Position numbers and translations under genes: made by a program. Shown one piece after another: positions 24,240 to 35,938 of a stretch of DNA of 64,000 bases. Location of the stretch: NCBI GenBank assembly GCA_905178155.1, contig CAJINV010000009.1, positions 1,893,666-1,957,665 on the forward strand, read 5' to 3'. Under the pieces are notes generated by a model, which was not told the origin of the DNA, ran no database searches, and saw nothing but the letters and a program-made list of their open reading frames with translations. The DNA is from Amoebophrya sp. A120. Its lineage: Eukaryota; Protista; Dinoflagellata. Position 1 is the first letter of the stretch. Every line of letters starts with the position of its first letter.

Positions 24240-26258
24240 CTAGTCGAACAAATTGCCAAGATCAAACGATGCGTCGTCTACTTCCTCCTGGGCCTGGAAA
24301 TATTGTTTCAGTCCGAGATACATCCATTTTTCATACTGGTGCATTCTGCCCAGTATCAATCTCATGACGCTTTCGCTTTTGTGCTTCCCGATGCTCAGGA
24401 AGCTCATAATGCTATCAATTTTGTCTTGCGCCCCCGTCGGCTCCTTTGACAGCGACCAGACACGAGAGATTGCATCAATCTCCTCTTCCCGGATTTCATA
24501 CTCTGCCGCTAAAGCCAGAATCGCATCGCGCGGAACGACGAGCTTCTGCTCTACGGTCTGCTGTTGCATTGCGCGGAGTTTCATCAACTCGAGAAATTTT
24601 CCCTTCTTCCCGAGGTGCAACGCATACCCGAGGGGAGAAAACGCAATCCTCACCGCGGGGGAAGCAGTTCCACGACCCCCACGACGGGTCAGCGATTTAG
24701 ACTTGACATTTCGCAAAACCTTGTGCTTGACATCCGGGTTCGCCAGCTGCTGGTAGATAATGCAGTCTGGATGCATGTTGCGGTCGTCGAGAAGCGAACT
24801 AACGCGTCCGGGACGGGCAAACCCTGCTTCAGGGCGTTTTTGATCCTTTGAGCTTTCAATTTCCTCGAGGACCTCGTTGAGAGTCAAGTCTGGGCAGCTT
24901 TGGCGGGAGTTCTTGTTCTGCGAAACATGTTTGTCAATTCGGAAGTCGAAGTCCTCGCCGTTCATTCGAATCTGTGCATCCCCCGAAGAGACTCCCTGAT
25001 ATCTTTCCTGGCGCGATCGCCCTCGGTAGGATGCAGCTGGTTGCGGTTGTTTTTGAGAAGTACTTCGACTTGCTGAGTGAGTTTCTCCACCTCTTTCACT
25101 TCTTCTGGGCGTCCCGCTGCTCGTGGTTCGAGCAGCAGGAACTGCATGCTCATCATGAGCATGCGCTCTGGTGCTACTTGCTGTCCGTGGTGTAGCGACT
25201 ACTCCCGAAGATTTTGCGGGAGAGTTAACTGTCTGTTTAGCGGCGCTGCTGCGACCTCTAGGGCTAGATGCTGGAGATCGTAATTCCATAGCAACAGGCG
25301 ACGAAGGAGCAGGTCTGTTTTTTGAGAATTCCATAGCAGGTCTGCCTGAAGAAGGAACTGTTTTTTGAGAAGCACCACGAGCGCTCGTTGGCGGAGACCG
25401 GGGTGAAGACTGGGCCACGGGCTGTTGATGTTGACGTTGAGCAGGCAGCGATCGGGCGCGGTTCGCAGCGACACGTAAATGATGAAGATCCGCTCCACCT
25501 GCAGTTGCATGATCAGACGGATGTGCTGGCTGTCGTACGACCATAACAGGTTTAGCTGTAGCTTTTGGTTTTGCCGAAGAACCCCCGCCATAGTCTCGCA
25601 GCTGAGCAGCATCAGGTTGACGTTGAGATAGCGGCTTACTTGCCGCGACCGAGGGCGGCCCGCTGACTCCCTGCTGCAAGGGGGCAGTGCCAGAGTTGCG
25701 TGGTGTCGAAGCCGGCGACCCCGGTCTTGTTCCGCCGGCGCGTGCCCCTGCAACCTGTTGGTGTTGTGTCCTCGGAGAAGCAGCTACAATAGGTCCCCGC
25801 CCAGGAGGGGGAGAGGCAGCACGCTTTTTAGCAGGTACAGAGGCACCACCAGCAGCACGTCGCTGCACCGAATGAGTAGTACCAGTACGTCGATGCAGCG
25901 TCGCCTGAAACTGTCGCTCCACTTCGAGAAAAGCTTCGTCGTCTTCCAGCGAGAGCGGTGCCTTTCCGACCGAAAAAGGGCTTTTCCTTCTGTCCTCGCT
26001 GTTACGATTCTGATTTTGCTGAGAGTCTTCCTCGGATGACCCCACACTTCCCGCTGAATTCTCGTCGCCGTCCGCGCGGATCTCCGTCGCGTCCGCGCGG
26101 ATCTCCGTGTCGACATCGACTTGCGCGGCGCCGGTGGTCCTGTCTGCCGTTTCCAGCTTGTCCGGCGATCCTGCAACAACTCTGTCCTGTGCGGCGACAA
26201 CGAGGGGACCCGGCAAGATCGCCGATAACACAGAAACCTTCCGCAAGTGAATCGCCAT
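24240..26258 (-). CDS. Hypothetical protein, signal-peptide-like N-terminus, S/P/R-rich middle, helical C-terminal domain
   Basis: 672-aa uninterrupted ORF in the same orientation as its neighbours. Confidence 0.7.
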   Translation of the reverse strand: MAIHLRKVSVLSAILPGPLVVAAQDRVVAGSPDKLETADRTTGAAQVDVDTEIRADATEIRADGDENSAGSVGSSEEDSQQNQNRNSEDRRKSPFSVGKAPLSLEDDEAFLEVERQFQATLHRRTGTTHSVQRRAAGGASVPAKKRAASPPPGRGPIVAASPRTQHQQVAGARAGGTRPGSPASTPRNSGTAPLQQGVSGPPSVAASKPLSQRQPDAAQLRDYGGGSSAKPKATAKPVMVVRQPAHPSDHATAGGADLHHLRVAANRARSLPAQRQHQQPVAQSSPRSPPTSARGASQKTVPSSGRPAMEFSKNRPAPSSPVAMELRSPASSPRGRSSAAKQTVNSPAKSSGVVATPRTASSTRAHAHDEHAVPAARTTSSGTPRRSERGGETHSASRSTSQKQPQPAASYRGRSRQERYQGVSSGDAQIRMNGEDFDFRIDKHVSQNKNSRQSCPDLTLNEVLEEIESSKDQKRPEAGFARPGRVSSLLDDRNMHPDCIIYQQLANPDVKHKVLRNVKSKSLTRRGGRGTASPAVRIAFSPLGYALHLGKKGKFLELMKLRAMQQQTVEQKLVVPRDAILALAAEYEIREEEIDAISRVWSLSKEPTGAQDKIDSIMSFLSIGKHKSESVMRLILGRMHQYEKWMYLGLKQYFQAQEEVDDASFDLGNLFD

Positions 26259-27260
26259 AACGTTCTTGCTGCCTTGTTTTACTTACTGCTCACTACGGGA
26301 AGAGGAAGCGAAACGAAACACGACAAAAACAAAAAGGGCAAGGGAGGCTACAGATAGAGTCTGACCCGTACCCCGCTAATTCTTTCCGCCTATTTGATAT
26401 GTAGGTGGTCCACCTTCACGTCTACTGCTAAAACTTCGTATCGGTTATCTTCGTATAGAAAAACGCAAGGGGAACGGGCGCGGGAATGGCGAGGGATACT
26501 CAAAAGCTCTGAAGAAACTCGGAAAAATTGACAACTAAATTCATTGTCTCATCAGATGTACACGTACGCACGAGGCGCTACTTGCCAGGATGATGTACGA
26601 GGTGGAGCGAGCAGGCGAACAAGACAGGCACGGTGATGAACGTTGAACCGAAAAAATACTGCGCAACTTCTGTACGAAACGGACCGACGGCAATCAAGCA
26701 AATGCTGGACGCGGCATACGAATTTATTTTTGCGCACGAAGAATAACGTGAACCGATGATCTACCTCCAATATTACGAAGACATCATGGTGGGCTGCCTT
26801 GTAGTTTCACTCAATGTGACAGCGTGCAACGACCAACGCGGAAGTAAAACCGACGAACCGATGAGCTGCTTACCGATGATCTTCATCTTTATCTTTTTCT
26901 TTGAGTTTGCAAATAAATCACTATCACAGAGACGCACGAGGACAGTGATGCTAATCGTAAACCTATACCTAAACCTAAAGGCGGACTTCGCGTATCACCA
27001 TGTGGAACAGATACGACACGAGGGGGAAAGACAACATCAACATCTCAAATAAATGAATTCCGGAAATGGCAAACTAAGACAGACCACCTTCTCGTTGTTC
27101 TATCAGAGTTCATCTTTTCTTGAAACGAATACGTACGTCAGATCCATACAGCGAAACAATCAAGTAGAAGTACAACAGTATCATGCTGGACCACGCCGGC
27201 TTGACGCACACGCACCCATCTGAAATAACTTCATATTCATTACCATTTACATTTTTTTTC

Positions 27261-28850
27261 TCAAAATTTTTCCGCGGGCATTCGTTCTCCGATGATAAAT
27301 CCCTCCTCGTATTTCTGTTGCGAGCCACCTGCTTTTTGTTCCTGTTCAAAGCTTTTTCTGTATGCTTCTTGGATCGTGAAGAGCGACTCAAACCCGAGCT
27401 TCCGGCTCATGCCGTATTTCTTCCGGTCGCGCTTCACCTTGTACCCAAGACAGTAGATAACGTAGAGGACAAACACCACACCCAGAGCCACGCCGAACGC
27501 GAAGTCGAAATCGTCTGGGTGGGCAATGCCATTGTTTTCGCCGTTGCCTCGGTTCCATTTCCGCTGCAACATTTTTGCGACCCCGGCCCCACAGGACATG
27601 AAGAACAACGCCGCTCCGACGCCGAGTACGATGTCGTCAAAAACCGTCAGATACGCCACTCTGGGCAGCCGGTCCATCGTGATCCACTGCACCGCGAAAC
27701 AGGTGAGGAACATGGTGGAATAGAGCGCCAGCCGGTCGGCCAGCGCGTCGGTCTCGAGGAAGAAACCGAGGAACCCGAAACACGTGATCGCGAGAAGTGG
27801 CAGAAGCCCCTTGTACAGGTAGAAACTGGGGTCTCTCGCGACGTGCAGGGAAAAAATTAGGTCCCGATACGACTGGTTTTCGATGAGCGGCGAGCCGTGG
27901 ATGGCTTCCGCGTAGGACATGCTGTGAATGTAGAATTCTCCGTTGTTCAACGCGCACCGCCAGTGGACGTGGTATTCCTTCCCGTCCTTGTCCTCGTTGT
28001 GAAACGTCGGGCGGATCTGCGCGGCGGACTCAAGTCGGGTCTCGCCGCTCAAGCAAATTCCGAAGTCGCACCGGAAGGAATCGAAGGGGAAGACTTTCAG
28101 AGCGTTGCTGTCGCGCAGCATGTCCATGTCCAGAGGCTCAAACGCGATTTGCCACTGTAACAGCCCGTCGGTGCCGAATTTGCCCGGCTTCATGAACGTC
28201 ACTGGAATCTCCTGGTAATTCTCTGGAACCTTCAACACATCCAAAACGTAGAGCGAAAAGATCTCGGGCCGCCAAATGTTTGTGGGCGTGGTTTCGTACG
28301 GCCAATGGTCTCCGAGGACTTGATCCAGGGGAAGATCCGCGTTGGTGATCTCCGTCGTGGACAATTTACGATACCGCTGCTTGACCTCACTGATGGGCTC
28401 GCCTTCATACGCCTTTTTGCAGCCGATCATGAACCGCTCGTCCGTCCACCAGAGGGTCAGCTTCACGGTGAGAAAAAACCGCTCCTTCCCGTCCACCGGT
28501 CGGACCTCCCAGTTGCCGAAAAAACACTCCACGCGGACCTGGACCGGCCCGCCGTCGGACGGCTCCGGCCGCTTGCTCCAGTCGATTAGCCGCATGCACA
28601 GCGGGACGCGGCTGTCCTGGTTCGATTCCATGGCAGCATTGTAGCCCGCCGCACTCGATTTCTGTGACGAGGACGTATTCCCCGCCGGCACACCAGCAGC
28701 AGTGCCGGCTTTTTCATCGTCCTGCGGCAGGTTGTACGAACGGAATTTCTCTTCCTCGCCCGTCTTGTCGGCAGAGTAATTTTTTCCATCAGGTGGAACC
28801 CGGTCTTGGGACCCACGTGCAGTTTCTTCAGGGGAGACTGCGATCGTCAT
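27261..28850 (-). CDS. Pentameric ligand-gated ion channel-like protein (Cys-less, GLIC/ELIC-type)
   Basis: 529 aa with WTDER, IWRPEI and Pro-loop FPFD; four TM helices including LADRLALYSTMFLT and the LPRVAYLTVFD M2-M3 loop. Confidence 0.85.
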   Translation of the reverse strand: MTIAVSPEETARGSQDRVPPDGKNYSADKTGEEEKFRSYNLPQDDEKAGTAAGVPAGNTSSSQKSSAAGYNAAMESNQDSRVPLCMRLIDWSKRPEPSDGGPVQVRVECFFGNWEVRPVDGKERFFLTVKLTLWWTDERFMIGCKKAYEGEPISEVKQRYRKLSTTEITNADLPLDQVLGDHWPYETTPTNIWRPEIFSLYVLDVLKVPENYQEIPVTFMKPGKFGTDGLLQWQIAFEPLDMDMLRDSNALKVFPFDSFRCDFGICLSGETRLESAAQIRPTFHNEDKDGKEYHVHWRCALNNGEFYIHSMSYAEAIHGSPLIENQSYRDLIFSLHVARDPSFYLYKGLLPLLAITCFGFLGFFLETDALADRLALYSTMFLTCFAVQWITMDRLPRVAYLTVFDDIVLGVGAALFFMSCGAGVAKMLQRKWNRGNGENNGIAHPDDFDFAFGVALGVVFVLYVIYCLGYKVKRDRKKYGMSRKLGFESLFTIQEAYRKSFEQEQKAGGSQQKYEEGFIIGERMPAEKF

Positions 28851-29330
28851 TGTTTTATTTCTTTATTCTCGAGGTACGGAGCTACCACGGTTGTAAGTGT
28901 AACGACGAATAATGAAAAATCAAAATGTGGATCTGGTAAATATACACCAGCAAAACAAGATGCAGGGCCACTAGCCGCCACTCTCAACAGTCGTTGATTC
29001 TCTCTCACGAGCTAGTAGTCGTGACATGTTCATTGACCTCCAAATTTATGCAAGTTAGCACTTGCTGCGATCACAGGAACATCATTGCAGGGAAGATGCC
29101 ATGATGGCGGCGCCTTTTTCGACATATAAATGCGGCAAAGAAACGAAAGACCTTGCCGCCAAACCGCGCAGCTATTCTTTCAAGAACTCAACTCTGGCTC
29201 TAGTGGTTGCGCTACTTCAAAAACTGCTCATGACTCCTCGAGTTGCACGGCAAGTGGTGTCCCGTTCGCTGTGAAAATGGGCAAGCAAAGCAAAATCTCT
29301 ACAAAGAGACGGCGCCCACGACATCGTGTT

Positions 29331-31399
29331 TCACACGTACGCAAAGATGATTTCGAATGTTTCCTTCTTCTTTTTTCTTTTGGCTGCTGAGCATCCGGCG
29401 TCAATTTTCCTGCCCGCGCCTTCTGCGAGCTTGAATTCCACGGGCTCGAATCCGCTTGCTGTTATTCGTACCGAAGTCTCCGAAATCTCCATGTCTAATT
29501 CGATCTCCGGGCCGACTCCGCTGAACAGTAAACTCTTGCCTTCCGAAAATTGCAGGCCGGATGCCCAGGCTGGTGGCTCCGGGCTTATTGCCCCCGCTGA
29601 TGAAAGGGCCTTCGCGTCGATTATCGTCACGCCGGGCGCTGGTGGCGGTGTCACGACCACAACGGGGTTCGCTTCGTTCTTTGTTTCTACTTCTTCCGCT
29701 ACCTTTTTCTCAACTGCCACTGAGACCGGCACGGAAGAGGCAACTGTAGAAGCACTCGCGACAGGCGCGGATTTTTTTTCCGCTTTTGCTTTCGATCCGT
29801 TAGTCGCACCTATGCTCGGCTTGTTTATCTTTGTCTCGTCCACGACGTCCGCAGCTGTTTTAAGTTTCTGCGTAGCGGCAAAATTGTTTTCCTGGGGCGT
29901 GGGTAGACTCTTGACGCGCTCGTCGAACTCTTCCAGTGTCGGCAGGGGTTTCTTGTCCTTGGACTCTGCTTGCAGCAGGTGCTTGAACCTAAATGACAAA
30001 CAAAAGTAACAACTGTAGATGAATCCATGTGTTTCTTGTGGTACGCTCTATGAAACAAGTAGGATTCCATCGACTCTTCAGAACTATTGTTTTTATTAAA
30101 TGAGCAAGATTACTAAAGCACAAGAAGAAGTCCTAGCAGCTTAGCCGGCACATACGAGGAGAGCATTGCGTAAAGAATCAAAAATGCGTACTTGTTCGGC
30201 CCATCTTGCAGGAGGTTTTCGCCCCAGCGCTTGTAGTCTTTTTCCTTGATGAAAAGGAGGAGTGAGTACTTCTTCCCGGATTTCTTCGAGACCATCTTTG
30301 CCACCGTGTCCTCCGTGTTGATCGCGTGCCGCAACGGCGACAGCACCAGCCGGTACTCCTTTTTGTTATCATCGACCCGCATCCGCAGGAAGACGCAGTC
30401 GGAACTCTCGCCCGGGTAGGACACCTTGACCTGCTCCCCGCTCGTGATCTCGGGCGGTAGCTTCACATACACCGACACCGTGCCGTTATTGGCACTCGAG
30501 TCCCAGGAGTAGCTGGTCGCGTCCAGCGGGGCGATCTTCACGTCATCCATCTTGTCCCAGGTGTACTTTTCCTTTTTCTGCTCCGCAATCTTTGACTGGA
30601 TGTCCCGCGGAACGGCCGACGTAAGCTGTGTTTTGCAGACGAAGGTAGTTAGTTGCCATGATCAAGAACTCAAGATCAAGATAATGAAATGAGTGACGCG
30701 AAATGAATGGGAAGCGATTTTTGTTTTCTACTAGGCAGGCTAGCAGCTGCACTACAAACTCAAACACATACACAACAAAAACGAAGACGCAAACACCTTC
30801 TGTCCTCCGTCCGTGAGTAGATTTATGCTCAATTGGTAGTGCAGCTTGCATTTCTCTGTCTCGTTCGTGTTGTGGTAGCAGTTGCAGAGCATTTTGTGCA
30901 CGTGCGCGCGGAACTCGGTCTTCGTGTATCCAAAATTGAAGCCTTGCGCATTGTCACCCTTTTCTCCGTCGAAAATCCGCCCGTTGTTATCCGGTTCCTC
31001 GTCCGGAATGTAGTCAAGCAAGTCGAGCAGAAGACGCTCGGCCTCGGGGAAATTCTTCTTCAACAGATTCAACTTGGCGATCTGTTGATACACGCTGCAC
31101 TTCTCCCACTTTTTCTTGCGGATTTTTGAGGGCTGCCGCTCGCTTTGCAACTTATCTTCGATGAGCAGGAGAACCCGCCGGTACGCCAGAATCGCCTTGT
31201 CGTGCAGATGCGGCTTCTCCTGCAGTGCCATGGCCATGAGCACAAAGCCCGCGGCGATATCCACATCGCCCTGCGACTCCAGAAGCGTTTCATAGTGCGC
31301 AAACGAGTTCACGCCGTGCGGGTCGTCTTCGGTCAAGGTACTCTCAAACAGGTGCGTCAGCCGGGCCAGGCCCGCCTGTCCGGCAGCGTCGGAAGCCAT
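29331..31399 (-). CDS. TPR- and CS (p23-like)-domain co-chaperone-like protein; exons 31399-30797, 30625-30192, 29988-29331
   Basis: TPR-like helices (KAILAYRRVL, EAERLLLDLL), CS-like SYSWD...TVSVYVKLP and a PIH1-CS-like C-terminus. Two in-frame GT-AG introns. Confidence 0.7.
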
Positions 31400-31993
31400 C
31401 TTTGGGTTGAAGGAAGACGAGGAATGCTCACTTTGTTTTTAAGCTCTCTTTCTTCAGGTTGAAGATCCACCTAATTCCACTCCATCGTCCCCCAAACTCA
31501 ATCAACTATAGCACCAGTCTGAATGTCCCTCTGTCTTTCAACGTCAACATCAACGCAACTTTCTCGGTTTGAGTTTTTTTGAAAAAGAGCAGAGCGTCCC
31601 TCTCATGCAAGCCGTATAATTGCTGCAATAATCCTCATCGGCTTCGGCTTTTTGATTACACGCTCCATTGCGACTCCCCATGGTAGTGCCCTGCACAGCA
31701 ACAGGAAATCAACATCAATGGGCTTGACAAACAAACAGAACAAAAAATCTTCGTTGCGATGCCTATGGCGGCTTGACCTTCGCAATTAAGCTTGCGAAAA
31801 AGCTTGGGCCCTGCAGCCGGCTGCAGAGATGGCCGGCGCGTGAGGATGTCATGTTAATCATGAAAGTCGCTCTACTACTGTATACTGTACTGTTTTTGAT
31901 GATGGGCAAAAGTTTTTTAGCCCATGTCCAACAATGTCGCTGAGCATAAAAACTACTCTTGTTGACACAGATGACAACTTTACTTTTTTCAAT

Positions 31994-34900
31994 TCAGTCG
32001 CTCTGTTCGCGCTCGGAGGCGCTCGCTTCCTTGAGGGCGGCGAGGCGCATGCTTTGTTGCATTTTCCACTCTGTGTCGCGCTTTTTGTCACCCGACCAGT
32101 TGTATTTACGACCGTCCCTGCCGGACGTGATCTGCACTTGCCGGAGGTATTGGCTCGCGTCCGCGGCCAGAAAAAATTGCAGGGCGTCCTTGGTCAAAAA
32201 CGGCGAGTCTAATTCCACCGCAAGCACAGAGGGTAGCAGTTTCGCCAGGTAGCTTGCTCCCAAGTCGGTCAGTTGGTGCGCGCGAATGTGAAACGTGAGA
32301 AGGGACTCCAGTTGCAAGGAAGCCCCCGTTCTGGACTCGTCGTTGTACCAGCGCGCCAGCGTTTCGTCCGCGAGATTCACATCATCGAGCGTGAGCTGCT
32401 CCAAGTTCGTCTTAGTTCGCAAAATATCCTCCAAGTCGTTGTCAAAGAACGGACAGCGCGTGCGCAAGATTTTCAGCTGTGGAAACGTTTCGCGGGCCGC
32501 CAGCGCGGGCACGAGCAGACTGGGCTGCGCGCAGTCGATAGAAAGGGAATGGATGTGCGGGCAGTGGTTCGAGATCACGACGAAGGGGTTGTTTCGGTTG
32601 GCCAAGCTGCAGTCGCTTGTTGTGTCTTCGATTTTTCTACCTTCCGGGATCGTTGTCGCAACGGCGAGCGAGGACTTGATTTGCAATCCTAACGACTGCA
32701 GATTCGGACAGTGTGCGGCGATGCTTCGCAAGACCGAGTCGGTGCCCAGTAATTCGATACTGTCGAGGCGCAGAGTTTGCAAGGAGGCTGAAAGACCGAG
32801 GACGCGTTGCGGGGCTTGGATAATTGCCCGCTCGTCCAAGTTCCAAAGTCCAGTGAACGTAAGCGCTGTCAAGCCACCCGGTCGGAGACTTTTCTTGCTT
32901 TTAATTTCGGTTGCGGGACCATGCGCTTTGTCGAGCTGCTGTTCTCTGTCACCGCAAGTTGTCGGCCCCGTAGGAGAAACGTTTTCTGGATGCTCTCGGT
33001 GCCGCGTGCTCCCTGATAGACCGTGCGATCGCGCCGGTGAACGTGAAGCAGCCCCGGAGCAGCTCGGAGTCGAGTTTCGCGACGCGGCGCTCGCGATGTG
33101 CAAGAAACTTCCGTTGAGTCGCCGTTCCGCTGAAGAGGACCTGCTTGTAGTTGTTGCAGTTGAAGATGGCCCCCCGCGAGAACCGCTCGCTACACCCGAT
33201 GTTGAGGTACCGTTCCTCAGTGATTGCGTTCGCGGAAAATCAAATTCTGCCGGCACTAGATCAATGCTGCCGCGCCTATTATCTGCCGTCAGCACGTTTT
33301 GATTGGTGTTGTCGGGAAGTAGACCCACGCAACCAGCGCTACTGGTCGCAGCTTCGCCGGTCAGTGATGCTGGTGCTCTTGAAAGTTGACAAAGGGAGGG
33401 CGATTTCTTCAACTGCAAAGTTTCGCTACCACGCTCCTCCGTTTCTTGGCTGAACCGCGCTTCGGCGAAATTGACCTTCTGCAGCCGCACGCTCTGGCAC
33501 CAAGAGATGTCGAGCTCCTCGAGCTTCGGCAGGTGCGGCAAGACAAATCTGCGCAGCGTCTCGTCCGATATGGCGGTGCCACACACGTCCAGCACCCGCA
33601 GGCTGTCCATGTCGTAGTTCTCGCCGTCTTCCAACTCGTGTACAAATGCCTGGTCGGTAATCTGGCCGCACCACGGTAAGAGCAGTTTCTCGAGACTCCC
33701 CTTACAGAATTTCCGGATCCGTTGGACGCCGCTGTCGGTGAGGTTGGTGTGTCCGAGGTTCAGCTCGCGCAGCGTGTTTTCGGGCAACAGGTACTCGAGT
33801 GACTCCACCGGGCCGGTCAAGAAGGACAAATCCACAATCTGCAGGAAATCCTTTTTCTTTTTCCCGAATATGAGGCAAAGAATGTTCTCCGTCAGCTGCA
33901 GATTGCAACCTGACAGCTTGATCGACCGCAATTGCTTTGCGCGTCGCAGGATGTGCTGCACGCCCTGCGCACTGATCTGACTGTTGCGGCAAAGGGAAAG
34001 TTCCCGCAGGTTGGCCAATCCCGTCGTGCTCGAGGAAGACGAGGATTTGAAGTGAGACGATAGTTTTTTTACTGGTGGCGCTGGTGCAGCTTCCGAAGAT
34101 GATCTGGGTCCCAGTAGTTGTTCCGCACTCATTTTGTTCGAATCTCCATCTTCAACAAACCTGACCGTACTTTTCGAGGATGGCGCGCAAACTCGAACAC
34201 GAGGCGAGGACGGACGGTGATTCGGCGTGCACGAGATAGTGCTGCAAGTTCCTGGGCTCGAGGCAGAGGACTTGTTACGCTCCGAACTACTTGGGCCAAA
34301 TACTACAGGTGAAGGCGTACTCCGACCTGCAATTAATACTTCTGACACACTTGCACTCCCCCCAAGGACGGGGATGGGACTAAGCAGAGTCGTTTCCGTA
34401 GCGGGCGAAAGAGTGGGCGATGTCTTATTCAGTGGCTTCCGACTGGGCGAAAGTTTTTGCCGGCAAGTCGAGAAACCTTGTCGGTGGGTTCGCGCACCAC
34501 CCGCACCTGCATTTACGTTTCTGTTCGTGCTGGTGTTGGCCTTCTCGTGCTCACCGCAGAAGAAACTGGAGGAGCTTGGGTGATGCGACGCCGAGATCGG
34601 GAGACTCAGGTGCCTGGTGCGCCCAGACGCAGTCGAATGGGCTGTGCCGTGCGACGACGAACTAGTACTATTGCCGAGTACTACATGACCATGTCGCACA
34701 GCTTTCGAGCTGCCGCAACTGCTCGATATGCTTTGCTTTCCACTATCCTCACCGACGCCCGCTTGCTTGCCACTGCTGCTCTTCAACGTCAGCGTAGACT
34801 TGCAACGAGGTTTGCTTTTCACAAGACTTCTCGATTCTATTTGAACCTTGGCTTTCGTGATCGGAACCAGATTCTTCGTACTCACCAGGAAGTCGCGCAG

Positions 34901-35938
34901 CCGCTTTGTTTCACCGGAACGCTTTGAGGTAGCATCAGCCTCCTGGTCCGTCGGTCCACGTGCTGATGTAGCATGGCTTCGAGCAGCCTCTGTGCCATCA
35001 GAAGATCCATGCAACGTTGATTGCGGTGCTGCAATGTCGGAGTGCTGACTCGCCATCTCCATGCTGCCATCTACTCCCAGATGCTGCTCAGTAGTGCTAT
35101 TGCTCGAAGAAGCGCCCAGACTCGTCGACGGTCCGATTGCAGCAGCAGCAGCAGCCGCTTCTTGAAGTCTTCTTCGCCCGCGTAGTTCTTGATTCGCGGT
35201 CTCCAGCACTTCTCGCCGTCTTCTTTCCCGCTCAACGACATTTCGGCTCCGTGGCTCAACTCGACAAAACGCGCCGTCCGTGACCCGGCGAACGTCGTCC
35301 AGAATGAGGGTGCGAAGCTTCGTACAATGCAGCAAGAGTTGCTCGATCACACGGTTCTCGACCTGCGCACAGCCGGACAGATCGATGAAATGCAGATTCG
35401 GGCACTTCTGCGCAATCGAATACAGTGTGGCCTTCCGGATCGCGTAACAGCTCTGCAGACACAACGTCTCCACGTTTGGCCCAAGGGAGCACTGTAGAAT
35501 GTTGTCCAGGAGCGCATTCCGCTTTTCCAATTTTTCAAACAGCTGCGAAAGCTCTTCGTTTGACAGATTACTGAATTTCTCGTGTGGATTCTTGATGTGC
35601 CGAATGCCGTACCGAATCAGGTGCTGGGCGAGGGCGTCGAGGTTCACGACGCGACACGAAGGTGCCGGTGCCGAAGGCGAGGACCTTGAAAATGACGCCC
35701 TCGTGGTCGGTTGCCCTTCATTGCACACGAAGCTGAAAAACTGGTCGCCCTGGTGGTCGTGCTCCACAGGAGACATCGACTGCGAGCAATCTAGGAAATC
35801 GTCCATCAGATTTCTCGACGCTCCTGGGGACGCAGTGTTGTAGCGCGACATCGACGTTGACATCATCGTGCCACCGTGTTGCGATTCTCGACTCACGCAA
35901 GACGAGCTCGCGGTTGACGGTGTTGTTAGCACTGGCAT
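31994..35938 (-). CDS. Leucine-rich repeat protein (RNI-like/AMN1, FBXL-type repeats)
   Basis: 1314 aa with repeated CPNLHFIDLSGCAQV, LRELNLGHTNLTDSGV and LEELDISWC motifs, separated by low-complexity inserts. Confidence 0.85.
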   Translation of the reverse strand: MPVLTTPSTASSSCVSRESQHGGTMMSTSMSRYNTASPGASRNLMDDFLDCSQSMSPVEHDHQGDQFFSFVCNEGQPTTRASFSRSSPSAPAPSCRVVNLDALAQHLIRYGIRHIKNPHEKFSNLSNEELSQLFEKLEKRNALLDNILQCSLGPNVETLCLQSCYAIRKATLYSIAQKCPNLHFIDLSGCAQVENRVIEQLLLHCTKLRTLILDDVRRVTDGAFCRVEPRSRNVVERERRRREVLETANQELRGRRRLQEAAAAAAAIGPSTSLGASSSNSTTEQHLGVDGSMEMASQHSDIAAPQSTLHGSSDGTEAARSHATSARGPTDQEADATSKRSGETKRLRDFLVSTKNLVPITKAKVQIESRSLVKSKPRCKSTLTLKSSSGKQAGVGEDSGKQSISSSCGSSKAVRHGHVVLGNSTSSSSHGTAHSTASGRTRHLSLPISASHHPSSSSFFCGEHEKANTSTNRNVNAGAGGARTHRQGFSTCRQKLSPSRKPLNKTSPTLSPATETTLLSPIPVLGGSASVSEVLIAGRSTPSPVVFGPSSSERNKSSASSPGTCSTISCTPNHRPSSPRVRVCAPSSKSTVRFVEDGDSNKMSAEQLLGPRSSSEAAPAPPVKKLSSHFKSSSSSSTTGLANLRELSLCRNSQISAQGVQHILRRAKQLRSIKLSGCNLQLTENILCLIFGKKKKDFLQIVDLSFLTGPVESLEYLLPENTLRELNLGHTNLTDSGVQRIRKFCKGSLEKLLLPWCGQITDQAFVHELEDGENYDMDSLRVLDVCGTAISDETLRRFVLPHLPKLEELDISWCQSVRLQKVNFAEARFSQETEERGSETLQLKKSPSLCQLSRAPASLTGEAATSSAGCVGLLPDNTNQNVLTADNRRGSIDLVPAEFDFPRTQSLRNGTSTSGVASGSRGGPSSTATTTSRSSSAERRLNGSFLHIASAASRNSTPSCSGAASRSPARSHGLSGSTRHREHPENVSPTGPTTCGDREQQLDKAHGPATEIKSKKSLRPGGLTALTFTGLWNLDERAIIQAPQRVLGLSASLQTLRLDSIELLGTDSVLRSIAAHCPNLQSLGLQIKSSLAVATTIPEGRKIEDTTSDCSLANRNNPFVVISNHCPHIHSLSIDCAQPSLLVPALAARETFPQLKILRTRCPFFDNDLEDILRTKTNLEQLTLDDVNLADETLARWYNDESRTGASLQLESLLTFHIRAHQLTDLGASYLAKLLPSVLAVELDSPFLTKDALQFFLAADASQYLRQVQITSGRDGRKYNWSGDKKRDTEWKMQQSMRLAALKEASASEREQSD

